Made by a program: the position numbers and the translations under genes
IMG/VR virus record: IMGVR_UViG_3300022746_000013
Coordinates: 1 to 34,130 of that record
Reading direction: 5' to 3' (one strand)
Length of the DNA stretch: 34,130 nt
From: a virus
Shown: positions 1 to 6,271 of the stretch, piece after piece
Layout: each line of letters begins with the position of its first letter
Numbering within the stretch: position 1 is the stretch's first letter
Notes under the pieces: model-generated
Databases searched by the model: none
What the model saw: only the letters and a program-made list of their open reading frames with translations
Told to the model about the DNA's origin: nothing

Positions 1-77
1 TTTTGCGTGAGCCAGACGTTTTCAACGTCAATCATGGCTTGCATAACATCATTCATGTTTTGTGATCGGATTTTCAT
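1..77 (-). other. Duplicated 5' fragment of the 83-aa ORF at 33829-34080 (consequence of the terminal overlap, not a separate gene)
   Basis: Reverse strand of 1-77 reads MKIRSQNMNDVMQAMIDVENVWLTQK, identical to the start of the 34080 ORF. Confidence 0.85.
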
Positions 78-127
78 AAAGGGCTTTCTGGCAGTTGTTG
101 ACGCTGTTGTTGTGCGTATTCCTTGAT
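1..127. repeat. Terminal overlap copy A: exact 127-bp direct repeat of 34004-34130
   Basis: Read base by base: 1-127 is identical to 34004-34130; the repeat touches both window edges. Confidence 0.97.
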
Positions 128-190
128 CTGATTGGCAGTCCAAGGCATTGCGCCTGTTGCGGGTGGAAAAGGCCAAAATTGGTTATTCAT
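74..190 (-). CDS. Hypothetical 38-aa protein (MNNQFWPFPPATGAMPWTANQIKEYAQQQRQQLPESPL)
   Basis: Below the ORF-track cutoff. Its ATG overlaps the upstream stop (ATGA) and its TGA overlaps the ATG of the next gene (77 = 34080 after circularisation). Confidence 0.4.
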   Translation of the reverse strand: MNNQFWPFPPATGAMPWTANQIKEYAQQQRQQLPESPL

Positions 191-348
191 AGCTTTTCCA
201 ATGCAAAGTCAATTGCCACAAGTGCTTTTTCTTCTATGTCAAACTGGTCTGACATAAAGTTAGTCTCTGTGTTTTCTAATGCTTGACGCGCAAGTTGCAG
301 GGCTTGTTTGAGTTGTTTGAGTTGTTCAATCAATGCTTGTTCGCTCAT
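187..348 (-). CDS. Hypothetical 53-aa helical protein (MSEQALIEQLKQLKQALQLARQALENTE...)
   Basis: Below the ORF-track cutoff. ATGA overlap with the stop of the 345-530 ORF; L/Q heptad-like pattern. Confidence 0.45.
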   Translation of the reverse strand: MSEQALIEQLKQLKQALQLARQALENTETNFMSDQFDIEEKALVAIDFALEKL

Positions 349-530
349 TTTGTGTCTCCATCAACAATGCGGATAAGGGCGGCTATCATGTCTTTGGCTT
401 GTTCCATGTTTAAGCTGACGTGACACCTTGCGGCTTCTGTTACCAAACCAATCCAAACGTGACCATCGTATAAGTCCACGTTTACATGGCGGCGTTTGTG
501 TATCGTTTCAATTTTTGTATCGAGTTCCAT
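345..530 (-). CDS. Hypothetical 61-aa protein
   Basis: ORF track; AAAGG upstream of the ATG; coupled (ATGA) to the downstream ORF. Confidence 0.55.
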   Translation of the reverse strand: MELDTKIETIHKRRHVNVDLYDGHVWIGLVTEAARCHVSLNMEQAKDMIAALIRIVDGDTK

Positions 531-575
531 TCTTAACCTTTCATTTACGTTCGTTTACTCGTTCTCTTACCGCTT

Positions 576-598
576 CAACCAACCCAACCCACAACCCA
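576..598 (-). repeat. G/T-rich microrepeat on the transcribed strand (GGGTTGTGGGTTGGGTTGGTTG)
   Basis: Plus strand reads caaccaacccaacccacaaccca, inside the 80-nt gap 531-610. Confidence 0.6.
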
Positions 599-610
599 GA
601 TTGATCGTTC

Positions 611-817
611 TCAAGTTCCTGCGCCCTTTCCTTGGCGTAGGGAATCCAGCCCTTTTGTAAAGCCATCTTCGTCAAATGCTCCACTTGTTGCTCGAATACT
701 TGGTTGAAATCCATCTAGGTCGCCTGTTAACTCAAGTGCTTTGTTGATTGTGTCTAGATTATAAGACAGATTATCCTTGATTCCGTCAAGAATCTTGTTG
801 GCTTCAAAATAGTTCAT
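611..817 (-). CDS. Hypothetical 68-aa protein (start moved to MNYFEANKILDGIKDN...)
   Basis: ORF track 611-886. The internal ATG at 817 overlaps the end of the 804-944 ORF, and the upstream part of the tracked ORF needs a TTG start. Confidence 0.5.
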   Translation of the reverse strand: MNYFEANKILDGIKDNLSYNLDTINKALELTGDLDGFQPSIRATSGAFDEDGFTKGLDSLRQGKGAGT

Positions 818-944
818 CGTTGTTGGCTTTTTGCAACTCTTGAATCTGTTTTTGAAGATGGTCAATCTTTCTGTCTTGTTCGCCAAGTCTAAAAATCAAA
901 GCATCCAACATATCTTTGATGAAATCCCAATCGCTTTTTGTCAT
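804..944 (-). CDS. Hypothetical 46-aa coiled-coil protein (MTKSDWDFIKDMLDALIFRLGEQDRKIDHLQKQIQELQKANNDELF)
   Basis: Below the ORF-track cutoff. ATGA overlap with the stop of the 941-1759 gene; fills an otherwise uncovered gap. Confidence 0.45.
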   Translation of the reverse strand: MTKSDWDFIKDMLDALIFRLGEQDRKIDHLQKQIQELQKANNDELF

Positions 945-1759
945 ACGCCAGCCTTCCATTTTTTAGCAAGTTCACGAACACTGTCAGGCATTGGGGCAGC
1001 TTTCTTGCTGTCTTCCTCAATCTTGCGTAACGCAGCGTCTTGGTTTGGCGGTGGCGGTGTAGTGACGTGAACAACATCGTATTTGTTGGCAAACTGTTGT
1101 TTTTCGTGAATCTCAAAAACATCCTGCCAGCTACTTGTAATTGATTTCTCAAGTACAGCCTGAATGTTTTGCCCATTCGCCTTAAATTTTGCCAATTTAT
1201 CAACAAGCAACTTCATGGCGTAATCTGTAGGCGGCTTCTTGATTCGCTTACGCATAGCCAAAAACGCTTCCCAAGTTTCCAAAGGCATCCAATCTGGCAA
1301 AACAAGAGCGTCAGCGACCTTTTCTTTTTTAGATGAAGAAGAAGAAGAAGATGTAGATGAAGGGGTTAGTTTTTGCTTATCCTCAAGGTTAACCTTACCC
1401 TTATCCATCAAAGCAGGGTTTCCACCCTTAGAACCACCAGCAGCCCTTATCTGGCGTAGGTTTTCATCACGAATCATGCGCTTTGAGTAAATCACACCTT
1501 CGTCAGTTGTTTCATACACACCAGCCTGTGAAAGCTCCAAAAGCCAATCAGCGACAACCTCTGCGCTATCTCCAACCATACGAGCAAGGTTTGATGGAAG
1601 GATAACCTTATCTCCAACCTTTAAATGTCCGTAAGGCGTTCCTTCGTGCATAAAACAAATCATGTCCATCCACAAACCACGCGCACCTGTTGAGCAAGAA
1701 CGCAAGGCTGTGTCTCTAAGCCAATCGCTTGGGTAAAACTGAAATGAAGGGCGTTTCAT
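941..1759 (-). CDS. Replication-associated protein, 272 aa: N-terminal DUF1376/YdaU-like domain, poly-Ser linker, C-terminal helical DnaD/replication-O-like region
   Basis: N-terminus FQFYPSDWLRDT..L...ARGLW is the DUF1376 signature as I recall it; position in the early/replication module. Confidence 0.7.
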   Translation of the reverse strand: MKRPSFQFYPSDWLRDTALRSCSTGARGLWMDMICFMHEGTPYGHLKVGDKVILPSNLARMVGDSAEVVADWLLELSQAGVYETTDEGVIYSKRMIRDENLRQIRAAGGSKGGNPALMDKGKVNLEDKQKLTPSSTSSSSSSSKKEKVADALVLPDWMPLETWEAFLAMRKRIKKPPTDYAMKLLVDKLAKFKANGQNIQAVLEKSITSSWQDVFEIHEKQQFANKYDVVHVTTPPPPNQDAALRKIEEDSKKAAPMPDSVRELAKKWKAGV

Positions 1760-2160
1760 CGTAATGTTCTCCAGTAATCTGAAGCATCATCACCGCACTT
1801 GTATAGCACTTGCTCATAAAGATAATCCATCTTGATTTCCAAACCAAGAAATCCAGCCAAAAGATAATAAACTTCATCTTTACTGCCAGGGCCATCAAGA
1901 GGAATCCTTGATAACAAATCTTGAAACCGAACATCTAAATCATGTTGGTTTTCATGGCAACTTTCGCACAAGCAAGCAAGTTGCTGGCGCTCATATTCCC
2001 AAACATCATGTCCTTTGATGTATTGCTTATGATGAACATGAAGTGTTGATTCTGTGTCTCCACAAAGTTCACACTGAAATTCAGCATCACTAAGCACCTC
2101 AAGGCGCTTTTTTTGCCAACGTGGGTCTTTTAGCTTTTCAGCATAGGTCTTTTTTGCCAT
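1756..2160 (-). CDS. HNH-motif nuclease, 134 aa (KDPRWQKKR...C..CG...LHVHH...C..CH..QH)
   Basis: Beta-beta-alpha-metal Cys/His motif. Start moved from the tracked TTG (2238) to the ATG at 2160, which has GGAG about 8 nt upstream. Confidence 0.7.
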   Translation of the reverse strand: MAKKTYAEKLKDPRWQKKRLEVLSDAEFQCELCGDTESTLHVHHKQYIKGHDVWEYERQQLACLCESCHENQHDLDVRFQDLLSRIPLDGPGSKDEVYYLLAGFLGLEIKMDYLYEQVLYKCGDDASDYWRTLR

Positions 2161-2218
2161 AAGGCTTCTCCGCAAACTCCCTGAAAGAAACAAGCGGCAG
2201 GGGGGGAGTACCCTTTTC

Positions 2219-2240
2219 GGTTGGGAGATCAGGCCCAACC
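2219..2240 (-). promoter_or_regulatory. Perfect 7-bp stem / 8-nt loop hairpin (GGTTGGG-N8-CCCAACC) in the leader of the HNH/replication genes
   Basis: Inverted repeat read directly; no T-run follows; a C7 tract lies 14 nt downstream on the transcript. Confidence 0.5.
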
Positions 2241-2257
2241 TAGCCGTGTTTCAAAAC

Positions 2258-2285
2258 ATTATATCTTGAGCAAAATCAAGATCAA
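2258..2285 (-). promoter_or_regulatory. Sigma70-like promoter: TTGATC-N16-TATAAT
   Basis: Consensus -10 hexamer (plus-strand attata 2258-2263) and -35 (gatcaa 2280-2285) in the 150-nt gap after the MazG-like gene. Confidence 0.45.
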
Positions 2286-2311
2286 CAGAACAATCACAAA
2301 AAAGTGAAACA

Positions 2312-2617
2312 TCAAATTTGTTTTACAAAGATGCCTTCTTCATTCATGTAACCCTTGCGATCTTTGATCTGCTCGTAAGCAGCTTCCAAGCAATCGGTCA
2401 GGTTTACATCAAGCAAAGCGCATACGTTAATCAAACAAACGATAGTGTCACCCACTGCATCAATGGCTTCTGCTTTGTTGTTTTCATGCAACGCATCAAC
2501 CAATTCGTTGATTTCCTCACAGGCTTTGATTGCTTGTGCCATTGGTGTGCTGTTTGGGATGATTTGACGCGCTTCTGACCAGCGAATCACTTTAAGTTCT
2601 GTTTCTGCGTAACTCAT
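2312..2617 (-). CDS. MazG-like nucleotide pyrophosphohydrolase, 101 aa
   Basis: All-helical, with E..NE...A......EA.D...D motifs typical of phage MazG-like NTP-PPases; ATGA coupling with the upstream ORF. Confidence 0.7.
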   Translation of the reverse strand: MSYAETELKVIRWSEARQIIPNSTPMAQAIKACEEINELVDALHENNKAEAIDAVGDTIVCLINVCALLDVNLTDCLEAAYEQIKDRKGYMNEEGIFVKQI

Positions 2618-2901
2618 TCTGCTACCTCATAAGTCATTTCAAAAATGTCAGGCTTGCAAGGGTAAAACTCGCCAGATACACCCTTGATAATAAAATCCCC
2701 TTCTGTTGCCACGTGCTTAACTAGACCGCCTTCTCCATCTTCTAGCGTTTTAATCCATGCCCAACCTTTAGCGTTTGGATGCCTATCTTTTCCGCATTGA
2801 GCCAATGCAACGCCACAAAATACTTGCAGTTCTTCAATGCCACTATCGGTGTATTTAAACTTTATGGCTTCAATTACAAGTGGTTTTTTGCGATACCTCA
2901 T
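2614..2901 (-). CDS. Conserved phage hypothetical protein, 95 aa (RKKPLVIEAIKF...GEFYPCKPDIFEMTYE)
   Basis: ORF track; the KKP-V-EA start and YPCKPDIFE end match a common phage family whose function I do not know. Confidence 0.65.
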   Translation of the reverse strand: MRYRKKPLVIEAIKFKYTDSGIEELQVFCGVALAQCGKDRHPNAKGWAWIKTLEDGEGGLVKHVATEGDFIIKGVSGEFYPCKPDIFEMTYEVAE

Positions 2902-3059
2902 TTTTTTCCTTTAAACCATTGGGGTTTCAACAATCTCAACTGCCAAATGCGAGCTTTCGGCACTTCTTTCCAAGCGGCAACAGCAGGCTGACTTATGCCA
3001 AGCAACTCGGCAAGCCTGACCTGTGAACCAGCTAATTTGATAAGTTCTTGTTTAGTCAT
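2898..3059 (-). CDS. Cro/YdaS-like HTH regulator, 53 aa (MTKQELIKLAGSQVRLAELLGISQPAVAAWKEVPKARIWQLRLLKPQWFKGKK)
   Basis: Below the ORF-track cutoff. HTH LAELLGISQPAVAAW; first gene of the leftward unit next to the palindromic operator; its stop overlaps the next ATG. Confidence 0.65.
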   Translation of the reverse strand: MTKQELIKLAGSQVRLAELLGISQPAVAAWKEVPKARIWQLRLLKPQWFKGKK

Positions 3060-3070
3060 GCGTGAAATGT

Positions 3071-3100
3071 AACATAAGCTAGGTTGTTGCAGTCAAGCAA
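3071..3100 (-). promoter_or_regulatory. Candidate leftward promoter TTGCTT-N18-TATGTT, 11 nt upstream of the Cro-like ATG (near-leaderless)
   Basis: Hexamers read on the minus strand; no SD between the -10 and the ATG; the -35 overlaps the operator palindrome. Confidence 0.3.
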
Positions 3101-3103
3101 CAA
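3084..3103. promoter_or_regulatory. Palindromic operator candidate TTGTTGC-N6-GCAACAA
   Basis: Perfect 7-bp inverted repeat arms in the divergent intergenic region. Confidence 0.55.
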
Positions 3104-3126
3104 ATGCAAAATATTTTTCTTGAAAG

Positions 3127-3155
3127 TTGTAAACCTTGATAATCTGCGTTATAGT
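3127..3155 (+). promoter_or_regulatory. Candidate rightward early promoter TTGTAA-N17-TATAGT
   Basis: Hexamers and 17-nt spacing read directly; about 45 nt upstream of the first rightward ATG (3201). Confidence 0.4.
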
Positions 3156-3200
3156 TCATTCATCCCGTAGCGCAACGCAAGCGGTAATTTAGGAAACGAT

Positions 3201-3416
3201 ATGAAAGTCATCAAACTCCAAAACATCAACGATACAACTCGTTGCTTTCCACACACAATGGAAGAAGCCTTTGGCGAAAACCATTACGACCTTGAGCGTC
3301 AGCGCCAATGGGAATGGATGGAGCGCCATGTTCCAGACCACGAAAAATATCTCAACATTCTTTATGCATTTGTTGCTGGATTCATCACGGCAATGCTGAT
3401 CTTTGGAGCTAAATAA
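3201..3416 (+). CDS. Small tail-anchored membrane protein, 71 aa
   Basis: AGGA 7 nt upstream of the ATG; C-terminal hydrophobic helix ILYAFVAGFITAMLIFG. Confidence 0.6.
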   Translation: MKVIKLQNINDTTRCFPHTMEEAFGENHYDLERQRQWEWMERHVPDHEKYLNILYAFVAGFITAMLIFGAK

Positions 3417-3970
3417 TGAAAAACATCGCCACCGCTTTGGTCAAAGCACAACGTGAGTTTGGCCCTGCACTTAAGACTTCTACCAATCCACACTTCCGTT
3501 CTCGCTATGCTGACTTGTCGGCTTGCGTTGAAGCTGTGATTGATGCGCTTAACAACAACGGCATTTTCTTGCTTCAGAAGAACTACGACTGCGCCGATGG
3601 AATCATGGTCGAGACTGTGTTTGTCCACGAATCAGGCGAAATGCTTGAGTGCGGCATTGTTCATTTTCCTGCCACCAAGAAAGACCCACAAGGCTATGCT
3701 TCTGCGCTGACTTATGGTCGCCGCTATAGCCTAATGGCTGCTTGCGGTATTGCTCCAGAAGACGATGATGACAACCGCGCTACACGCCCTGAAAAGACTG
3801 TTGTTGATTCCAACATGATGGCTGACCACATCACGGCTATTCAAGACGCTACCGATGAGGCATCCCTTAAAACGGCTTATCAAGCTGCCTACAAAGCCTG
3901 TGGCACAGATGCTAACTGGCAGAAAAAGATTATTGCGGTCAAAGATGAAAAGAAAGCGAGTTTGAAATGA
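3416..3970 (+). CDS. erf: ERF-family single-strand annealing protein, 184 aa
   Basis: ALVKAQ.EF......T.NPHF.S.YADL..........L..NGI......, later Y.RRYSL....GI..EDDDD: ERF pattern as I recall it. Confidence 0.8.
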   Translation: MKNIATALVKAQREFGPALKTSTNPHFRSRYADLSACVEAVIDALNNNGIFLLQKNYDCADGIMVETVFVHESGEMLECGIVHFPATKKDPQGYASALTYGRRYSLMAACGIAPEDDDDNRATRPEKTVVDSNMMADHITAIQDATDEASLKTAYQAAYKACGTDANWQKKIIAVKDEKKASLK

Positions 3971-4140
3971 TTAGGGAAATGGCTGAAGACTTAGAAGGCA
4001 ATGTGCCAGTTCAGCGTTCTAAAGTAATAAATCATCCTGCATATTCCAAACCTGTACTTATGACCCAATACGGTTGGGCAAAAAGAGGAAAAGAAACAGA
4101 TTGGTATGAAACAAAAATTGAGGAAATAAAAAATGACTGA
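3967..4140 (+). CDS. Hypothetical 57-aa protein (MIREMAEDLEGNVPVQRSKV...)
   Basis: Below the ORF-track cutoff. Start overlaps the erf stop (ATGA) and its end overlaps the exonuclease start. Confidence 0.5.
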   Translation: MIREMAEDLEGNVPVQRSKVINHPAYSKPVLMTQYGWAKRGKETDWYETKIEEIKND

Positions 4141-4771
4141 AATTACACAAGGTTCAGATGCTTGGTTTCAACAAAGAATTGGCAAAGTTACCGCCAGTCG
4201 TGTTGCTGACGTTATCGCCAAGACAAAGACAGGTTACAGCACTAGCCGTGACAACTACATGGCTCAGTTGATCTGTGAGCGGATGACAGGCGTTGTAGCG
4301 GAATCTTATTCCAATGCAGCTATGCAACACGGCACAGACACAGAACCACTTGCTAGGGCAGCGTATGAGGCTTATGCAGACGTTTTAGTGGATGAAGTAG
4401 CCATGATTCCACATCCAATGATTGAGCAGGCTGGCGCTTCTCCTGACGGGCTTGTGGACATTGTTGGTCAGCTTGAGATTAAGTGTCCCAACACGGCAAC
4501 GCACATTGATACATTGCTGACCGAGACTGTGCCAGGCAAGTACAACACCCAAATGCAATGGCAAATGGCTTGCACAGGTCGCCAATGGTGTGACTTTGTG
4601 TCTTTCGACCCACGGTTGCCAAAAGAACTTCAATTGTTTGTAAGGCGTGTTTATCGTGACAACGCATACATTCAAATGCTTGAAGAAGAAGTCAAAAAGT
4701 TCCTTGCTGAACTAGATGGCAAAATTAAGAAACTAAACGAATTGAAAGAAGAATATGGCAACAATTTATGA
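4133..4771 (+). CDS. YqaJ/lambda-exonuclease-like recombination exonuclease, 212 aa
   Basis: GSDAWFQQRIGKVTASR N-terminus and a D...LEIKCP PD-(D/E)XK core; adjacent to erf. Confidence 0.8.
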   Translation: MTEITQGSDAWFQQRIGKVTASRVADVIAKTKTGYSTSRDNYMAQLICERMTGVVAESYSNAAMQHGTDTEPLARAAYEAYADVLVDEVAMIPHPMIEQAGASPDGLVDIVGQLEIKCPNTATHIDTLLTETVPGKYNTQMQWQMACTGRQWCDFVSFDPRLPKELQLFVRRVYRDNAYIQMLEEEVKKFLAELDGKIKKLNELKEEYGNNL

Positions 4772-4994
4772 AGTAACTGTCCGCGCAGGCACATATCAAA
4801 AAGACGGTCAAGAAAAAGTGCGTTATCAGCGTATCGGCTCAGTCATCGAGACAAAGAAAGGATTGATGCTTAAATTGGATTCTGTGCCACTTATTGAGAA
4901 TGGATGGGCAGGGTGGGCGTACCTTTTCAGTCCTAAAGACGATGCGCCAAAACAACAATCCAAATCAACAGAATTTGACGATGTTGATTTTTAA
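4755..4994 (+). CDS. Mini SSB-like protein, 79 aa, with acidic C-terminal tail ...STEFDDVDF
   Basis: Beta-rich ~60-aa body, Pro/Gln linker, and a tail resembling the bacterial SSB C-terminus; sits in the recombination module. Confidence 0.5.
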   Translation: MATIYEVTVRAGTYQKDGQEKVRYQRIGSVIETKKGLMLKLDSVPLIENGWAGWAYLFSPKDDAPKQQSKSTEFDDVDF

Positions 4995-5030
4995 TCTACA
5001 ATGATTTTTAGCTAACTCGACGGAGGACAA

Positions 5031-5049
5031 GGGGGATTGAACCTCCCCC
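5031..5049 (+). terminator. GC hairpin GGGGGA-TTGAACC-TCCCCC after the SSB-like gene (weak terminator candidate)
   Basis: 6-bp stem, 7-nt loop; the TTTT run begins only 9 nt after the stem. Confidence 0.25.
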
Positions 5050-5088
5050 CTGCTAACTTTTAACAGGTTCATACATGAAAGGTTCATC

Positions 5089-5571
5089 ATGCTTACGCAA
5101 GAGTTATTGCACAACCTCTTTGAATACAAAGATGGTTTTTTGATTAGAAAAACAACAACATCACACAATGCAAAACAAGGTGATGTAATAAACAACATAG
5201 AGCCAAGAGGCTATGTTGTTGTAGTTGTAAATGGTAAAACATACAAAGTTCATAGGTTGATTTTTTTGATGCACCACGGCTATCTTCCAGAAAAGATTGA
5301 CCATATTGATTGCAACAAGACAAACAACAAAATAGAAAATTTACGACCAGCAACACACACGCAAAATCTTCAAAATCGACCAAAGTACAGAAACAACACA
5401 AGTGGTTTAAAAGGTGTTTCGTTTCACAGAAAAACATCTAAATGGCAAGCATCCATTAGGATTTCTGGAAAGCAAAAATATTTAGGCATTTACGAAAACA
5501 AAGAAGATGCTTATTCCGTCTATTGCGATGCTTGTAAAAAGCATCATGGTAGTTTTTTTAACGTAAACTGA
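5089..5571 (+). CDS. HNH homing endonuclease with C-terminal AP2 DNA-binding domain, 160 aa
   Basis: HRLIFLMHHGYLPEKIDHIDCNKTNNKIENLR...TQN (HNH_3 type), then GVSFHRKTSKWQASI...GKQKYLGIYENKEDA (AP2 type); AAAGG SD. Confidence 0.85.
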   Translation: MLTQELLHNLFEYKDGFLIRKTTTSHNAKQGDVINNIEPRGYVVVVVNGKTYKVHRLIFLMHHGYLPEKIDHIDCNKTNNKIENLRPATHTQNLQNRPKYRNNTSGLKGVSFHRKTSKWQASIRISGKQKYLGIYENKEDAYSVYCDACKKHHGSFFNVN

Positions 5572-5614
5572 TTTTCGGGGGAAAGCGGATGGCGCTAATG
5601 TTTATGTGCTGGAT

Positions 5615-5670
5615 ATGCAAATGCCAGCGCCTCTGTTTTAGGCTGCAGTGAGTACCCCACCCATTTGCAT
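5615..5670. promoter_or_regulatory. 9-bp inverted repeat ATGCAAATG ... CATTTGCAT (38-nt spacer) just upstream of the wHTH gene SD
   Basis: Arms at 5615-5623 and 5662-5670 read directly. Confidence 0.45.
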
Positions 5671-5680
5671 AGGAACCAAT

Positions 5681-5983
5681 ATGTTTAAATTTTTTAGAGC
5701 AAGAGCAACAGACGCAATCACCTCTTTCAAAGCGGCTGATTCCATTAAAGACGTAGCCAAGATGCACCAAGAAGTCATCGTGGCGTGTTTGCAACGGTTT
5801 GGCCCATTGGGTAAAGATGGGATTGCACAGCGCACAGGACTTGAAAGCAATCAAGTCGCTAGACGCATGAACGAACTTCAAAAGCTAGATTTGATTGAAC
5901 TGACAGGCAATCAGGTGCAGTCCAAAAGCGGCAGGGCAGAACGTGAATGGCGCTTTAAGCCAGTACAGCAGGAATTGCTGTGA
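5681..5983 (+). CDS. Winged-helix (MarR-like) DNA-binding protein, 100 aa
   Basis: ORF track 5648-5983. Start moved to the ATG at 5681, which has AGGA 6 nt upstream; GPLGKDGIAQRTGLESNQVARRMNELQKLDLIE is a wHTH pattern. Confidence 0.6.
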   Translation: MFKFFRARATDAITSFKAADSIKDVAKMHQEVIVACLQRFGPLGKDGIAQRTGLESNQVARRMNELQKLDLIELTGNQVQSKSGRAEREWRFKPVQQELL

Positions 5984-6025
5984 TTGAATTACTTGTAATT
6001 GGACTTTTAATTGATTGGATGCTTG

Positions 6026-6271
6026 ATGATTAACGCTTTTCACCCTGCTTACGTTGAAACGTATATGCCAGAGTTTCTTTCCACGATTCGCTCAGAATCA
6101 GCCGCTAAAGCTAATGGCGAAAAGTTTGGCAAGGTAGGTCGTGCAACCCGCGAAAGCCTTGGGGTTTCCGCAAACACAATCAGCGCGTTTCCCAAAACTA
6201 AGCGTTATTCAACAGCGCCAACTGAGTTTCTTATCTATTCAAGGGCAGGAATGCCAAAGGGGGTTAAATGA
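6026..6271 (+). CDS. Small HTH protein, 81 aa (start uncertain)
   Basis: ORF track 6011-6271. ATRESLGVSANTISAF resembles an HTH; first ATG at 6026; weak SD. Confidence 0.45.
   Translation: MINAFHPAYVETYMPEFLSTIRSESAAKANGEKFGKVGRATRESLGVSANTISAFPKTKRYSTAPTEFLIYSRAGMPKGVK

Noticed and set aside
1-127. Genuine T7-like direct terminal repeats
   Set aside because: The repeat boundaries lie in coding sequence and coincide exactly with the window edges, and the length equals a common assembler k-mer. This needs read-level data to settle (see the finding on the terminal redundancy).
95-286. 63-aa plus-strand ORF at the window start
   Set aside because: It is antisense to two ATGA-coupled minus-strand small ORFs that continue the gene chain across the circular junction. 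Its content is Cys/Ser-rich and it has no SD.
576-598. G-quadruplex on the minus strand
   Set aside because: There are only three GGG tracts plus one GG, so it does not meet the four G3-tract rule. It is kept only as a microrepeat observation.
889-1206. 105-aa minus-strand ORF and 79-aa plus-strand ORF (831-1070) overlapping the replication gene 3' end
   Set aside because: They are alternative frames of the DUF1376 gene. The region downstream of 941 is better explained by the coupled 46-aa and 68-aa ORFs.
5011-5058. tRNA-like T-arm (GGGGGA-TTGAACC-TCCCCC) flanked by 7-nt direct repeats gctaact (5011-5017, 5052-5058); possible tRNA or miniature insertion
   Set aside because: The loop has G where the invariant C56 should be. 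There is no acceptor, D or anticodon arm, and only ~20 nt lie upstream of the hairpin before the first repeat. By my rough estimate a single 7-mer repeat pair in a ~95-nt gap is not clearly beyond chance.
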